DNA of 64,000 nt. It comes from an uncultured Acidobacteriota bacterium (GTDB taxonomy: Bacteria > Acidobacteriota > Thermoanaerobaculia > UBA5066 > Gp7-AA6). Shown here piece by piece: positions 44,870 to 54,730 of this stretch. Location: the NCBI GenBank assembly GCA_963801275.1, contig CAWDEF010000001.1, positions 1,007,481 to 1,071,480 of the forward strand, written 5' to 3'. The notes under the pieces were generated by a model. The model was not told the origin of the DNA. It saw nothing but the letters and a program-made list of their open reading frames with translations, and did no database searches. The first letter of the stretch is position 1. Each line of letters starts with the position of its first letter. The translations under genes were made by a program, and so were the position numbers.

Positions 44870-45928
44870 CTACTGCGCCTTGATCTCGGTCCAGTACTCG
44901 TCGAGGATCGTCGTCGCGTCGCCGATGTCCCTGACGAACTCGCACCGGGACAACGCCTCGGGCGGCGGATAGATCGCCGGGTCGTTCAGGATCTCCGGGC
45001 GAATGAACTGCCGCGCAGGGACGTTGGCGCTCGCGTATCGGATCCCGTCGACGATCCGGGCGTCGACCTCGGGCTCCAGGATGTAGTCGAGGAAGGCGTA
45101 GATCGACTCGACGTTGCGCGCACGGGCCGGCAGGCACACGTTGTCCATCCAGAGGGTTGCCCCCTCCCTCGGCAGAACGTAGGCGAACCGCTCGGGCTGC
45201 CGTGCCACGACCTTGGCGATCTGACCGTTGTAGCCGTGCGCATACGTCACGTCGCCCGAGGCGAGGATGTTCTCGTAGTCGCTGCTGTTGTAGGTCTTGA
45301 CCAGAGGCTTCTGCTTCTTCAGGAGGTCGGCCGCCTGCCTCAAGACCGCCGGGTCGGTGCTGTTCAAGGAGTGACCGAGGTATTTCAGTGCGGCCGCGAA
45401 GCACTCGCGCATGTCGTCGAGCATCAGGACCTGTCCCCGGTTGGCCGGGTCGAAAAGGGGCGCCCAGCTGTCCTGGGTCTTGCCCGCCTTCTGCTTGTCG
45501 TAGCCGTATCCGGTGGTGCCCCAGACGTACGGGATCGAGTAGGCGTTGCCCGGATCGAACTCCTGATCGAGAAAGCGCGGATCGAGGTTGCCGAAGTTCT
45601 TCAGGCGCGACCTGTCGAGGGGCCGCAGGAGCTTCAACTGGCTGAGGATCCGCACCATGTAGTCCGAGGGCACGACCAGGTCGTAAGCCGTGACCCCCGA
45701 CTCCAGCTTTGCGAGCACGGCCTCGTTGGAGTCGTAGAGGTCGTAGGAGACCTTGATCCCCGTGCGGCGCGTGAACTCCTCGATCACCTCGCTGGGGAGG
45801 TATTCCGACCAGATGTAGAGGTTGAGCTTCTTTTCTCCGGGCCCCGGGTACGGCGGCTCCTCGGCGCGCCGGCAGGCGCCCGTCCCGAGAGCTGCGGCCG
45901 CGAGCACCGCGAGGAGCGCCCGCTTCAC
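44870..45928 (-). CDS. potD: Spermidine/putrescine ABC transporter substrate-binding protein
   Basis: 352 aa; lipoprotein-like signal LAAAALGTGAC; PotD/PotF family pattern (LNLYIWSEYLP, YDLVVPSDY, YVWGTTGYGY). Confidence 0.85.
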   Translation of the reverse strand: MKRALLAVLAAAALGTGACRRAEEPPYPGPGEKKLNLYIWSEYLPSEVIEEFTRRTGIKVSYDLYDSNEAVLAKLESGVTAYDLVVPSDYMVRILSQLKLLRPLDRSRLKNFGNLDPRFLDQEFDPGNAYSIPYVWGTTGYGYDKQKAGKTQDSWAPLFDPANRGQVLMLDDMRECFAAALKYLGHSLNSTDPAVLRQAADLLKKQKPLVKTYNSSDYENILASGDVTYAHGYNGQIAKVVARQPERFAYVLPREGATLWMDNVCLPARARNVESIYAFLDYILEPEVDARIVDGIRYASANVPARQFIRPEILNDPAIYPPPEALSRCEFVRDIGDATTILDEYWTEIKAQ

Positions 45929-46713
45929 GAGGTCTCTCCTCTCTCAACGGGCGGACGCTGGAGCCTCTGGGCGATCAGGATGAGCAGGACGGTCACGAGG
46001 AGCAGGAGCGTCGACACGGCGTTCACCTCGGGGGTCACACCGACCTTCAACATCGAGTAGATCTGGAGAGGCAGGGTCGTGGCGCCGACACCGGCCACGA
46101 ACGAGGTGATCACGTAGTCGTCGATCGAGATCGTGAAGGACAGAAGAGCCCCGGCGACGATCCCCGGCAGGATCAGGGGCAGAGTGACCCGGAAAAAGGT
46201 CTGCAGGGGCTTCGCGCCGAGATCGAGGGCAGCCTCCTCGAGCGAGCGGTCGAAGCCCGAGAGCCTGGCGCGCACCACGATCGCGACGTAGGAAATGCAA
46301 AACACAACGTGCGCGATCAGCACCGTCCAGAGTGAGAGCCGGAAGGCCGTCGCTCCAAAGAAGGTCACGAGCGCTGCTCCCAGCACGATCTCCGGAATGA
46401 TGATCGGCAGGTAGAGCAAACTGCGTGTAAACCCCGCGCCTCGAAACTCGTGGCGTCCGAGAGCCAGGGCCACGAGGGTCCCGATCACCGTCGCCACGGC
46501 AGTGCTCACGATCCCGACGACCAGGCTGTTTCGCACCGCCGCCCGAATCAGATCGTCGTGCGCGAGACCGCGGTACCAGTCGAGCGTCGCGCCCTCCCAG
46601 ACGGCGGTCTGCCTCCCCCGATTGAAGGAGAAAACCACGAGAATCGCGATCGGCGCGTACAGGAAGAGGTACACGAGCCAGGCGTGCGCCGCGAGAAGCC
46701 GGCCCTTCCTCAT
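45925..46713 (-). CDS. potC: Spermidine/putrescine ABC transporter permease PotC
   Basis: 262 aa from MRKGRLL; ATGA overlaps with potB stop and potD start; EAA loop EAALDLGAKPLQTFFRVTLP. Confidence 0.85.
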   Translation of the reverse strand: MRKGRLLAAHAWLVYLFLYAPIAILVVFSFNRGRQTAVWEGATLDWYRGLAHDDLIRAAVRNSLVVGIVSTAVATVIGTLVALALGRHEFRGAGFTRSLLYLPIIIPEIVLGAALVTFFGATAFRLSLWTVLIAHVVFCISYVAIVVRARLSGFDRSLEEAALDLGAKPLQTFFRVTLPLILPGIVAGALLSFTISIDDYVITSFVAGVGATTLPLQIYSMLKVGVTPEVNAVSTLLLLVTVLLILIAQRLQRPPVERGETS

Positions 46714-47609
46714 AGCAGCACGTCCTCCCCCCTGCGCTTCGTGTACAGGGCGTAGAAGAAGAGCAGAGCCAGAACCGCGGCCGTCAGCTCGAAAGCCACG
46801 GCCGACCCGAACGGCTTGTTGCGCGCGACGGCGAACTGGTTCTGGATCAGGTTGCCCGCGAGGATCGTCTTCGCGCCCCCGAGCAGATCCGACACGATGA
46901 ACTGGCCGAGGCTCGGCACAAACACCAGAACGACCCCCGCCGCGATGCCCGGCATCGTCATCGGGACCGTCACACGCCAGAAGCTGGAGCGAGCGGTCGC
47001 CCCGAGGTCGGCCGAGGCCTCGAGCAGCGACCGATCGAGCTTCTCGAGCGAGGCGTAGAGCGGGAGGATCATGAAGGGCAGCTCGCCGTACACGAGACCG
47101 AGCAGCACCGAGAAGTTGTTGTAAAGCAGATCGAGCGGCCGCGAGATCAGCCCGGCGCCGAGCAGGGCATGGTTGATCAAACCCTCCGTCCTCAGGAGGA
47201 ACATCCACGCGTAGGTCCGGATCAGAAAGCTCGTCCAGAACGGGACGACGACCAGACCGAGCAGAAGGTTGCGCCGGCGCTGCGGTGCCGTGACGGCGAT
47301 GGAGTAGGCGACGGGGTAGCTGATGGCGAGGCAAAACCCGGTCGTGACGACCGCCATCCAGACCGAACGCCAGAGGATCTGCAGATAAATCGGATGGAAG
47401 GAGCGCGCGTAGTTGGCGAGAAACTTCCCGGAGGTGATGTAGACCTCGAGGTCCTCGATCGGCTTCAGGCCCCCGTACGTTGCGCGCTGGCCGAAGCTGA
47501 CGACGAAGAGGATCGCCAGAGGAAAGAGGAAGAAGACGCCGAGGGTGACCCACGTCGGCAGGACGAGCGCGTAGCCCGCGCGTCCGTCGCTCCGCTCCCC
47601 TCCGCTCAC
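46710..47609 (-). CDS. potB: Spermidine/putrescine ABC transporter permease PotB
   Basis: 299 aa; EAA loop EASADLGATARSSFWRVTVP; overlaps potA stop. Confidence 0.85.
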   Translation of the reverse strand: MSGGERSDGRAGYALVLPTWVTLGVFFLFPLAILFVVSFGQRATYGGLKPIEDLEVYITSGKFLANYARSFHPIYLQILWRSVWMAVVTTGFCLAISYPVAYSIAVTAPQRRRNLLLGLVVVPFWTSFLIRTYAWMFLLRTEGLINHALLGAGLISRPLDLLYNNFSVLLGLVYGELPFMILPLYASLEKLDRSLLEASADLGATARSSFWRVTVPMTMPGIAAGVVLVFVPSLGQFIVSDLLGGAKTILAGNLIQNQFAVARNKPFGSAVAFELTAAVLALLFFYALYTKRRGEDVLL

Positions 47610-48721
47610 TTCGGCCCCGACTCGCCGCGCACGAGGACTGCGTGCCGCGGGTTCCAGCAGAGAAAGGCGCGCCCTCCGACGGCGAATCTCGAGCCCTCCT
47701 CGAATGGCCGGTCGTTCTGCTCGTAGACGACGAAGTGCTCGTCGGCAGCGTCGCGGACCATCCAGAGGGTCTGGATTCCCTGGTAGACCCGATCCTCGAT
47801 CGTCACGGCGACCGAGGGCACGCCGTGCGGAGAAAGGTCGCGGCGCCGCAGGTCGAGCTTTTCGGGCCGAACCAGAAACCGCAAGCTCTCGCCCGGGCGG
47901 AACCGGGCCTCGGGCGCCGCCAGCCGCGCCTGCCCGCCTCCGGCGAGCGCCAGAAGGATCGAACCTTCCGAGGCGTCGACCACCCGGGCGGAGAAGAAGT
48001 TGGACGCTCCCATGAAGTTCGCGACGAACTCGGTGGCCGGCCTCTCGAAGACCTGCGCCGCGTCGTCCATCTGCTCGACCCTCCCCCGGTTCATCACGGC
48101 GATCCGATCGCTCATCGTGAGCGCCTCTTCCTGGTCGTGTGTGACGAAGATGAATGTGATCCCGAGGGCCCGCTGCAGGCGCTTCAACTCGACCTGGACC
48201 TCCTTGCGAAGCTTCTGATCGAGGGCGCCGAGCGGCTCATCGAGCAGCAGCACCTGCGGCTCGAGCGCCAGGGCGCGGGCGAGCGCCACGCGTTGCCGCT
48301 GGCCGCCCGAGAGTTCCTGCGGGCGCCGCTTCTGGAAGCCCGCAAGCTGCACGCGCTCGAGCACCGCCGCGATCTTGCCCGCCTCCTGCCCTCGCGGCAC
48401 GCCTTTGTAGCGCATGCCGAAGGCGACATTCTCCTCGACCGTCAGATGCGGAAAGAGGGCGTAGTGCTGGAAGACCATGTTGACGGGCCGACGATAGGGA
48501 GGAACGCCCGTCATGTCGGCGCCACCGATCGCGATCGTCCCCTCGGTGGGCCGCTCGAACCCTCCGATCATGCGTAGAAGCGTGGTCTTCCCGCAACCCG
48601 AGGGGCCAAGCAGGGAAAAGAACTCGCCCGGGCGGATGTCGAGCGAGACGGCGTCGACGGCCGTGATGCCCCCGAACCGCTTCGTGACCCCGCGAATCTC
48701 GACGTTGCCTGCGTTACCCAT
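47606..48721 (-). CDS. potA: Spermidine/putrescine ABC transporter ATP-binding protein PotA
   Basis: Start at MGNAGNVEIRG (ORF-track upstream start would overlap TBDR gene); GPSGCGKTT, LSGGQRQRVALARA, LLLDEPLGALD. Confidence 0.85.
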   Translation of the reverse strand: MGNAGNVEIRGVTKRFGGITAVDAVSLDIRPGEFFSLLGPSGCGKTTLLRMIGGFERPTEGTIAIGGADMTGVPPYRRPVNMVFQHYALFPHLTVEENVAFGMRYKGVPRGQEAGKIAAVLERVQLAGFQKRRPQELSGGQRQRVALARALALEPQVLLLDEPLGALDQKLRKEVQVELKRLQRALGITFIFVTHDQEEALTMSDRIAVMNRGRVEQMDDAAQVFERPATEFVANFMGASNFFSARVVDASEGSILLALAGGGQARLAAPEARFRPGESLRFLVRPEKLDLRRRDLSPHGVPSVAVTIEDRVYQGIQTLWMVRDAADEHFVVYEQNDRPFEEGSRFAVGGRAFLCWNPRHAVLVRGESGPK

Positions 48722-48773
48722 CCCGGTGATGCCTTGTCCGCCCGCCGGGAGCGGGCCCGGACGGCGGAGGCCT

Positions 48774-51569
48774 CTAGAAGCTGACCCGAAGGCCAACCCT
48801 GAGGGTTCGCGGTTGCTGGAACGTGTTGCCGAAGCCGTAGTGCGAGTTCGTCGGCACGGGCGACTCGTTGTCCGCCTGGTCGAAGGCCCAGACTTGATCG
48901 ACCTCCAGCACCTGCTGGCGGTTGAGCGTGTTGAAGAGGTCCGCCAGGAAGTGAACCGTCACCGGCCCCAGGCGCAGGCCGTAGTCCAGATGCAGGTCGA
49001 CCTCGTAGGTCTCGGGAGAGCGGCCCTCGCTCCCGCGCGGCGTGATGAAGAGCTCGGGACCTGCATAGCCGTTCCACCAGCCGATCCGCGAAAGCGGCGT
49101 TCCACTCTGGTAGAAGCCTGACGCGGCGAGCGTCAGGTTGAAGGGAAAAACGTATGCGGCCTGAAGCTTGAACGTGCTCGGCCGGTCGAGCGTCAGCTTG
49201 CCGTTCGCGTTCACCTGGAACTCCGGGTAGTCGAAGTCATCGGTGATGTTGGGATTGCGGGCGAAGAAGCCGCCGATCGCCCGGAACGACCCGTCGTAGT
49301 TTCCCTCCAGGGTCCCGTACAGGTAGCTCGCGAAGAGCATCCAGTTGTCAGACAGGCGCTTCTGCGCCGTGACCTCGAAGCCGCGAAAGTACCTCCGGCC
49401 GGGCCCGAACTGAGGCGCGGGCTGGCAGACCCCCTCCAGGCAGACTTCGGTCGAGAAGCCGGGATTGAAGAAAGCGTAGTTCTCGCAGACGTCCGAAGGG
49501 ACGCACCCGTCCTCGAGCACCATGCGAAGGCTGCGGTAGATGCCGCGCAGACCGAAGCTCCACGAGGCGCCCACCTGACGCTCGAAGCCCACGAGGATCT
49601 CATCGGCGTAGGGCGCGCGAATGTTCGGGTCGACGTCGTCGAGCGCGCTTCCCCGAATCTCGCAGGGGGTGTCCTCGGTGTCGGCCTCGGGGTCGCAGGC
49701 GAGGTCGGTCGGAGAGAAGTTGAACGTCGAGCCGTCTCGTTCGCCGTTCAAGGACCGGATGTTCATGTCCATCGGGATCATTTCGCCGAAATGGCTGTAG
49801 GAGCCGTAGGCCTTCGTCTTCCCGTCGTTCAAGAAGTCCCACGCGAAGCCGACGCGGGGCGAGAAGTGGTCGATGTTGATGAACGTGATGTTGTCCAGGC
49901 CCTTGATGACCTGCTTTTCCCAGCGTACGCCCGCATTGATCGTGAGGTTCGGAAGAACGCTCCAGCGGTCCTGAGCGAAGACTCCGTAGATGTCGTGCTG
50001 GGGTGTGGCGACGACGGGCGCGATGGTCGGGTTGTCGATCGTCGCGTCCAGGCCGGCGAAAAAGAGATGCGAGTAGACGAGGCGCTGCTGCGGGTCGTCC
50101 TCGAACGGGGACAGGATCGAAACGAACTGCCCGCCGCTCGTCGTGCGCAGGACATCGGCGTCCAGCCGCTGAAAGCCGAAGCCCGCTTTGATGTCGTGGT
50201 TGGCCAGAAAGTAACTTGCCTCCACCCGGTAGTCGTAGCGCGTGAGCGTCTTCGTGGGAGCGAACTGTCCGTCTCCGGCGACGCCTCCGAACCCGCCCGA
50301 GGCGGTGACGACGTCTCCCGTATTGTCGACGGTGTAGATCTCGTCCCCGCCGGGCGCCGGAAGCTGGCTCACGTTCTCGCGGTGGTAACCGAACTGAGCC
50401 GTCACGAACCATTGGGGGGAGAGAATTCCCTCATAGCGCCCGCCGAAGTCTGTCCCCCCGACGTCGACGACGCCCTCGTAGGTCGAGGGCGGCCCGATCA
50501 GGGGACCAACGGCCCCGGTGTCTGTCGTCGGGTCGCCGAAGACCGTCCCGATCAAAGTGTTGCTGTCGTTGATGTGAAAGGTCAGCTTCCCGGCGTAGAG
50601 GTCGCCCGAGGTATCGGTGTCGGCGAGCGTGCCCGTGAAAGGATCGGTCGTCAGCTGGCGCGTGAGCGTGTTGCTGACCCGGTCGTAGGCCCCGAAGAAC
50701 CAGAGCTTGTCCTTCAGGATGTAGCCGCCGACGTCCAGGCCGACGTCGTAGCGCTGGAAGCCGGCCGGGATGCCTTCGGAGGAGAGCTCGTCCAGGTGCT
50801 TGTTCTCGGCCTGGAGGGAGTCGTCATCGAGGTATCCGAAGACGTCGCCGTGGTAGTCGTTCCCCCCGGACTTGGTGACGACGTTCAGGATCCCTCCCTG
50901 CGCGCCGCCGTACTCGGCCTCGTATCCCCCGGACTTGAAATCGACCTCCTGGATGAACTCGAAGTTCAGGACCTTGCCCTGGCTGCCAATCTCGATGCCG
51001 GTCGTGTTGGCGCCGTCTACCAGATAGCTGTTCTCCAGGCCGGTCGAGCCGTAGACGGTGATCGACTGGTTGCGGACATCCGAGGTGTCGGTGTTGACGC
51101 CCGTGGCGAGCTGGGCGACCGACGCGTAGTTTCGTCCGGTCGGCAGAGACTGGAAGACCTTGGAGCTGATGGTGCGGCCGGCCGTGTTGGATTCGGTCTC
51201 GACGACGGCCGCCTCCGCGGTCACGGCGACGGATTCGGTCGCCACCGGCAGCAGCTCGATCCGCGTCGAGACGTTCTGCGCGAGACCCAGGGGGATCGTC
51301 TGGCTCCTCGGCCCGAACCCCTGGAGAGTTGCCGTGACGGTATAGGTGCCGGGCGGCAGCAGCGTCAGATTGAACCTTCCCTCGGCATCCGTCGTCGAGG
51401 TGCGGCTTCCCTGAAGATTCGGGCTCCTCGCCTCGACCTCCGCGCCGGGGAGGGGCGTGCCCTGGGTTTCGACGGTCCCTCGGATGGATCCCGTGGTCTG
51501 CGCAGCGGCCCCGGAGGAAAGAAGAATGAGCGCAAGGGCGGAACCCAGTAAAGCGGCATGCTTGGTCAT
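48774..51569 (-). CDS. TonB-dependent outer membrane receptor with N-terminal carboxypeptidase-regulatory-like domain
   Basis: 931 aa from MTKHAALLG (AAGGAG SD); signal peptide; TGSIRGTVETQGTPLPGAEVEARSPNLQG...DAEGRFNLTLLPPGTYTV CarbopepD_reg; C-terminal beta-barrel ending ...LRVGLRVSF. Confidence 0.85.
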   Translation of the reverse strand: MTKHAALLGSALALILLSSGAAAQTTGSIRGTVETQGTPLPGAEVEARSPNLQGSRTSTTDAEGRFNLTLLPPGTYTVTATLQGFGPRSQTIPLGLAQNVSTRIELLPVATESVAVTAEAAVVETESNTAGRTISSKVFQSLPTGRNYASVAQLATGVNTDTSDVRNQSITVYGSTGLENSYLVDGANTTGIEIGSQGKVLNFEFIQEVDFKSGGYEAEYGGAQGGILNVVTKSGGNDYHGDVFGYLDDDSLQAENKHLDELSSEGIPAGFQRYDVGLDVGGYILKDKLWFFGAYDRVSNTLTRQLTTDPFTGTLADTDTSGDLYAGKLTFHINDSNTLIGTVFGDPTTDTGAVGPLIGPPSTYEGVVDVGGTDFGGRYEGILSPQWFVTAQFGYHRENVSQLPAPGGDEIYTVDNTGDVVTASGGFGGVAGDGQFAPTKTLTRYDYRVEASYFLANHDIKAGFGFQRLDADVLRTTSGGQFVSILSPFEDDPQQRLVYSHLFFAGLDATIDNPTIAPVVATPQHDIYGVFAQDRWSVLPNLTINAGVRWEKQVIKGLDNITFINIDHFSPRVGFAWDFLNDGKTKAYGSYSHFGEMIPMDMNIRSLNGERDGSTFNFSPTDLACDPEADTEDTPCEIRGSALDDVDPNIRAPYADEILVGFERQVGASWSFGLRGIYRSLRMVLEDGCVPSDVCENYAFFNPGFSTEVCLEGVCQPAPQFGPGRRYFRGFEVTAQKRLSDNWMLFASYLYGTLEGNYDGSFRAIGGFFARNPNITDDFDYPEFQVNANGKLTLDRPSTFKLQAAYVFPFNLTLAASGFYQSGTPLSRIGWWNGYAGPELFITPRGSEGRSPETYEVDLHLDYGLRLGPVTVHFLADLFNTLNRQQVLEVDQVWAFDQADNESPVPTNSHYGFGNTFQQPRTLRVGLRVSF

Positions 51570-51695
51570 GGTGCCGGCTCCTTTGTTTCGGGGATTCCGT
51601 TTTGGACAGGCTGTCATTGGGCGGGTGGAACTGTCAAGGTCGTGTGAAGTCTCGGGGCATTCCCGCCGCGGCCTGGCGGGATAGGATCTCGGGCC

Positions 51696-52283
51696 ATGAC
51701 TGAGGGTGCCGGCCGCTGGCCTTCGCGCGAAGAGGCAGAAGCGCTTCTCTTCGAGTTCACCAAGTCCGAGGCCCTGCGCAAGCATGGCCGCGCGGTCGAG
51801 GAGGTCATGCGGGCCTACGCAAACCGGTTCGGTGTCTCCGATCCCGGCGAGGTCGAGAAGTGGGGCATCGTGGGTTTGCTCCACGACTTCGACTACGAGC
51901 AGAACCCCACCGAAGACACGCACCTCCACGTCGGCGGCCGGATTCTCGCCGAACGCGGCTACGCGCGGGACATGATCGAGACCATCCAGTCACACGCGGG
52001 CTACATGAAGATCCCCCGCGACACGCCGATGAAGAAGGCGATCTACGCCTGCGACGAGCTCACCGGGTTCATCGGGGCGTGCGTGAAGGTCCGTCCGACC
52101 AGGAAGATCGCCGATCTGCCGGTGGCCTCGGTCGTCAAACGCCTCAAGGACAAGGCCTTTGCCCGCTCGGTCGACCGCGCCTACGTCTACGGCGGCGCCG
52201 AGTCTCTGGGCCTCCCGCTCGAGGAGCACATCGGCTTCGTCATCGAAGCCTTGAAGCCCATCGCCGACGAAATCGGCCTCTAG
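51696..52283 (+). CDS. HD-domain metal-dependent phosphohydrolase
   Basis: 195 aa; H...HD motif region LRKHGRAVEE...GIVGLLHDFDYE, later D/H ligands. Confidence 0.7.
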   Translation: MTEGAGRWPSREEAEALLFEFTKSEALRKHGRAVEEVMRAYANRFGVSDPGEVEKWGIVGLLHDFDYEQNPTEDTHLHVGGRILAERGYARDMIETIQSHAGYMKIPRDTPMKKAIYACDELTGFIGACVKVRPTRKIADLPVASVVKRLKDKAFARSVDRAYVYGGAESLGLPLEEHIGFVIEALKPIADEIGL

Positions 52284-52376
52284 CTCCGGACACTCGGGCC
52301 GCCCCCTTCGGGTCGGCCGGGCGCATGAGGCATAATTGTGGGCTTCCCCCGCGCCCCATCGGGAGAAGGGACAGAG

Positions 52377-53921
52377 ATGAGCACGGTCGAGACGATTTCG
52401 CCCCGCACGGTCAGGGCGAAGAAGATCCGCAAGGACCTCTCCGGCGAGGAGTTGCGCGCGCTGGCGCGCTCCGGGGAGACGACGACCGAGTACGGCTCGC
52501 CCGTCTACGCTACGAAGGTCAAGAGCCGTTCCGCCAAGAACACCTACATCGTCGTCGACGGCGTCACGGTCGGCGTCATGCAGCAGCCCATGGACCCGAA
52601 GCGAGCGAGCGAGGTGATTCGCGAGGTTCAGGAGAAGCTCCTCGGCATGGAGATGCTGCAGGTGGACCGGCGCATGGGCGACAGCGCCGAGGCGACGCTG
52701 AGGTGCCGCCTTTACGTTCCCGTCGAGTACGCCCGGATCGCATACATGTGGCACAACATGCTGTTTCCTTCCGACTCATCCCACGAGCCGGACTTCGTGT
52801 CGGTCTACGTGCCCGAGTGGCCCGAACGCCTGATCTTCTGCGACGTCCACCAGGGCTACACCTACATCCTGGGCTCCGACTATCCGGGCGAGGCGAAGAA
52901 GTCGATGCTCCGCCAGGCGATGTACTGGATGAAGCGGCGCGGCGGCCTCGGGCTGCACGCCGGCTCCAAGATCCTGCGCGTGACGGGGCCTGACGGGAAG
53001 CTGCGCGACGTCGGGTTCCTGCTCTTCGGCCTCTCGGGCACCGGCAAGACGACCCTGACGCTCCACGATCACGGCCTGCAGCCGCCCGAGAAGGCGATCA
53101 TCAAGCAGGACGACGTCGTGCTGCTCACCCCCGACGGACGCGCCTTCGGCACCGAAGACGGCTTCTACATCAAGACCGAGGGGCTCGAGCCGTCGCAAAC
53201 GGTCCTGTGGGGCGCCGCCACCCACCCGACCGCGACTTACGAGAACATCAAGGTCGACCCGGCGACGGGCAAGGTCGACTTCCTCGACACGTCGATCACC
53301 TCCAACGGGCGGGGTGTCGTGCTGCGCCGGTACATCAAGGGCACCGGCGACGGCATCGACCTGCCCAAGGCCAACAAGATCGTGTTCATCACGCGGCGCA
53401 ACGACATCGTGCCCGTCTGCGCGCGCCTGACCTCCGAGCAAGCCGCCGCGTACTTCATGCTCGGCGAATCGATCGAGACCTCGGCCGGCGACCCTACCAA
53501 GGCCGGACAGGCCAAGCGCGAGGTGGGGACCAATCCCTTCATCGTGGGCCCCGAGTTCGAGGAAGGCAACCGCGTCCTCGCGATCCTTCGGGGAAATCCC
53601 GACATGCACGCCTACATCCTGAACACCGGCTCGATCGGCGCGAAGCCGGCCGACCCGGGCGAAAAGATCACGATCAAGGTTTCCACCGAGATCATGAAGC
53701 AGATCGCCAAAGAAGGAATCACCTGGCGCCGCGACCCGGACTGGGGTTACGAGGTTCCGGAGAACGTGCCCGGCGTGGATCTCGCAAAGTACGACCCGAG
53801 AGCGCACTACTCCGAGGCCGAATATCGGGCTTTGGTCGACAAGCTGCGCGCCGAGCGACGGGCGTGGCTCGCGACGTTCGCGGGGCTTGAGCCGGTCATC
53901 CCCGGAGCCGTCGAGCCTTAG
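52377..53921 (+). CDS. pckA: Phosphoenolpyruvate carboxykinase (ATP)
   Basis: 514 aa from MSTVET; kinase-1a motif GLSGTGKTT, PEPCK-ATP signature region FLLFGLSGTGKTTLT, C-terminal conserved blocks. Confidence 0.9.
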   Translation: MSTVETISPRTVRAKKIRKDLSGEELRALARSGETTTEYGSPVYATKVKSRSAKNTYIVVDGVTVGVMQQPMDPKRASEVIREVQEKLLGMEMLQVDRRMGDSAEATLRCRLYVPVEYARIAYMWHNMLFPSDSSHEPDFVSVYVPEWPERLIFCDVHQGYTYILGSDYPGEAKKSMLRQAMYWMKRRGGLGLHAGSKILRVTGPDGKLRDVGFLLFGLSGTGKTTLTLHDHGLQPPEKAIIKQDDVVLLTPDGRAFGTEDGFYIKTEGLEPSQTVLWGAATHPTATYENIKVDPATGKVDFLDTSITSNGRGVVLRRYIKGTGDGIDLPKANKIVFITRRNDIVPVCARLTSEQAAAYFMLGESIETSAGDPTKAGQAKREVGTNPFIVGPEFEEGNRVLAILRGNPDMHAYILNTGSIGAKPADPGEKITIKVSTEIMKQIAKEGITWRRDPDWGYEVPENVPGVDLAKYDPRAHYSEAEYRALVDKLRAERRAWLATFAGLEPVIPGAVEP

Positions 53922-53981
53922 GCCCGGACAAAAAACGCCCGGCCATGCCGGGCGTACCGATCTCGAAACGCCGGCCCTCTT

Positions 53982-54518
53982 CTAGGCGTTGCGCGTCGTC
54001 AGGTTCGATCGGACCTCTCGAACGCCCTCGACCGACTTCGCGAGCCGGATCGCCTGATCGATCTCCGCCCGGCTCTTCAGGTCGTCGCCGGACAGCGTCA
54101 CGACGCCATCCTGGGTGTCGACGTCGATCTTCAAGCCGCCGATGACGGAATCTGCGAGAAGCTTGGCCTTCACCTTGGCAGTGATGGCAGCATCATCGAC
54201 GGTCTGCGCGACGGCCTCTCCCGTCGTCATGCCGGTCGCAACCTCGCCCTGGTTGACGATCAGATTGTCCACGACATCCGTGACTCCGTCCGTCGATCGA
54301 GCGAGATCCTCGGCCTTGTCCTTGGCCGCCTGCGTGCCGACCGTTCCCGTCAACGTGACGACCCGATTCTTGGTGTCGACGTTGATATCGGCCGCCTGCA
54401 CCGTCGAATCCGCGATGAGCTTGGTCTTGACCTTCGCCGTGATCCCGCTGTCGCTCTGCGCGCATCCGATCGCGAGAGCCAGCAGCGCGACCGCCCCCAG
54501 AGTGGATAGCTTTCTCAT
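53982..54518 (-). CDS. BON-domain (OsmY-like) lipoprotein, two BON repeats
   Basis: 178 aa from MRKLSTLG with AAGGAGGG SD; lipobox LALAIGC; two repeats ...ITAKVKTKLIADS...VDTKNRVVTLTGTV... and ...ITAKVKAKLLADS...VDTQDGVVTLSG. Confidence 0.75.
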   Translation of the reverse strand: MRKLSTLGAVALLALAIGCAQSDSGITAKVKTKLIADSTVQAADINVDTKNRVVTLTGTVGTQAAKDKAEDLARSTDGVTDVVDNLIVNQGEVATGMTTGEAVAQTVDDAAITAKVKAKLLADSVIGGLKIDVDTQDGVVTLSGDDLKSRAEIDQAIRLAKSVEGVREVRSNLTTRNA

Positions 54519-54730
54519 GACACTCCCTCCTTTGTTGGGCTCCCCCCGTTGGTTTTGATTCCCAATCCGGGTCGGAGCCTCCCGGTCCATCCTTAGTGCA
54601 GCTTTCGTGCCCGACGTGCCTAAGGTCCCTGTCAAGAGAGGATTGCCGCGCAGGCACTCAGTCGACCCGAGCACTGCGACATCTATTCCGACGAGGAAGG
54701 CCCCGGAATCGGCCACCCAGGGGCGCAGGT

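Noticed and set aside
45925-47553. 542-aa minus ORF suggesting a fused PotC-PotB
   Set aside because: Upstream part is an alternative frame across potB; potC begins at MRKGRLL (46713) with ATGA coupling to the potB stop
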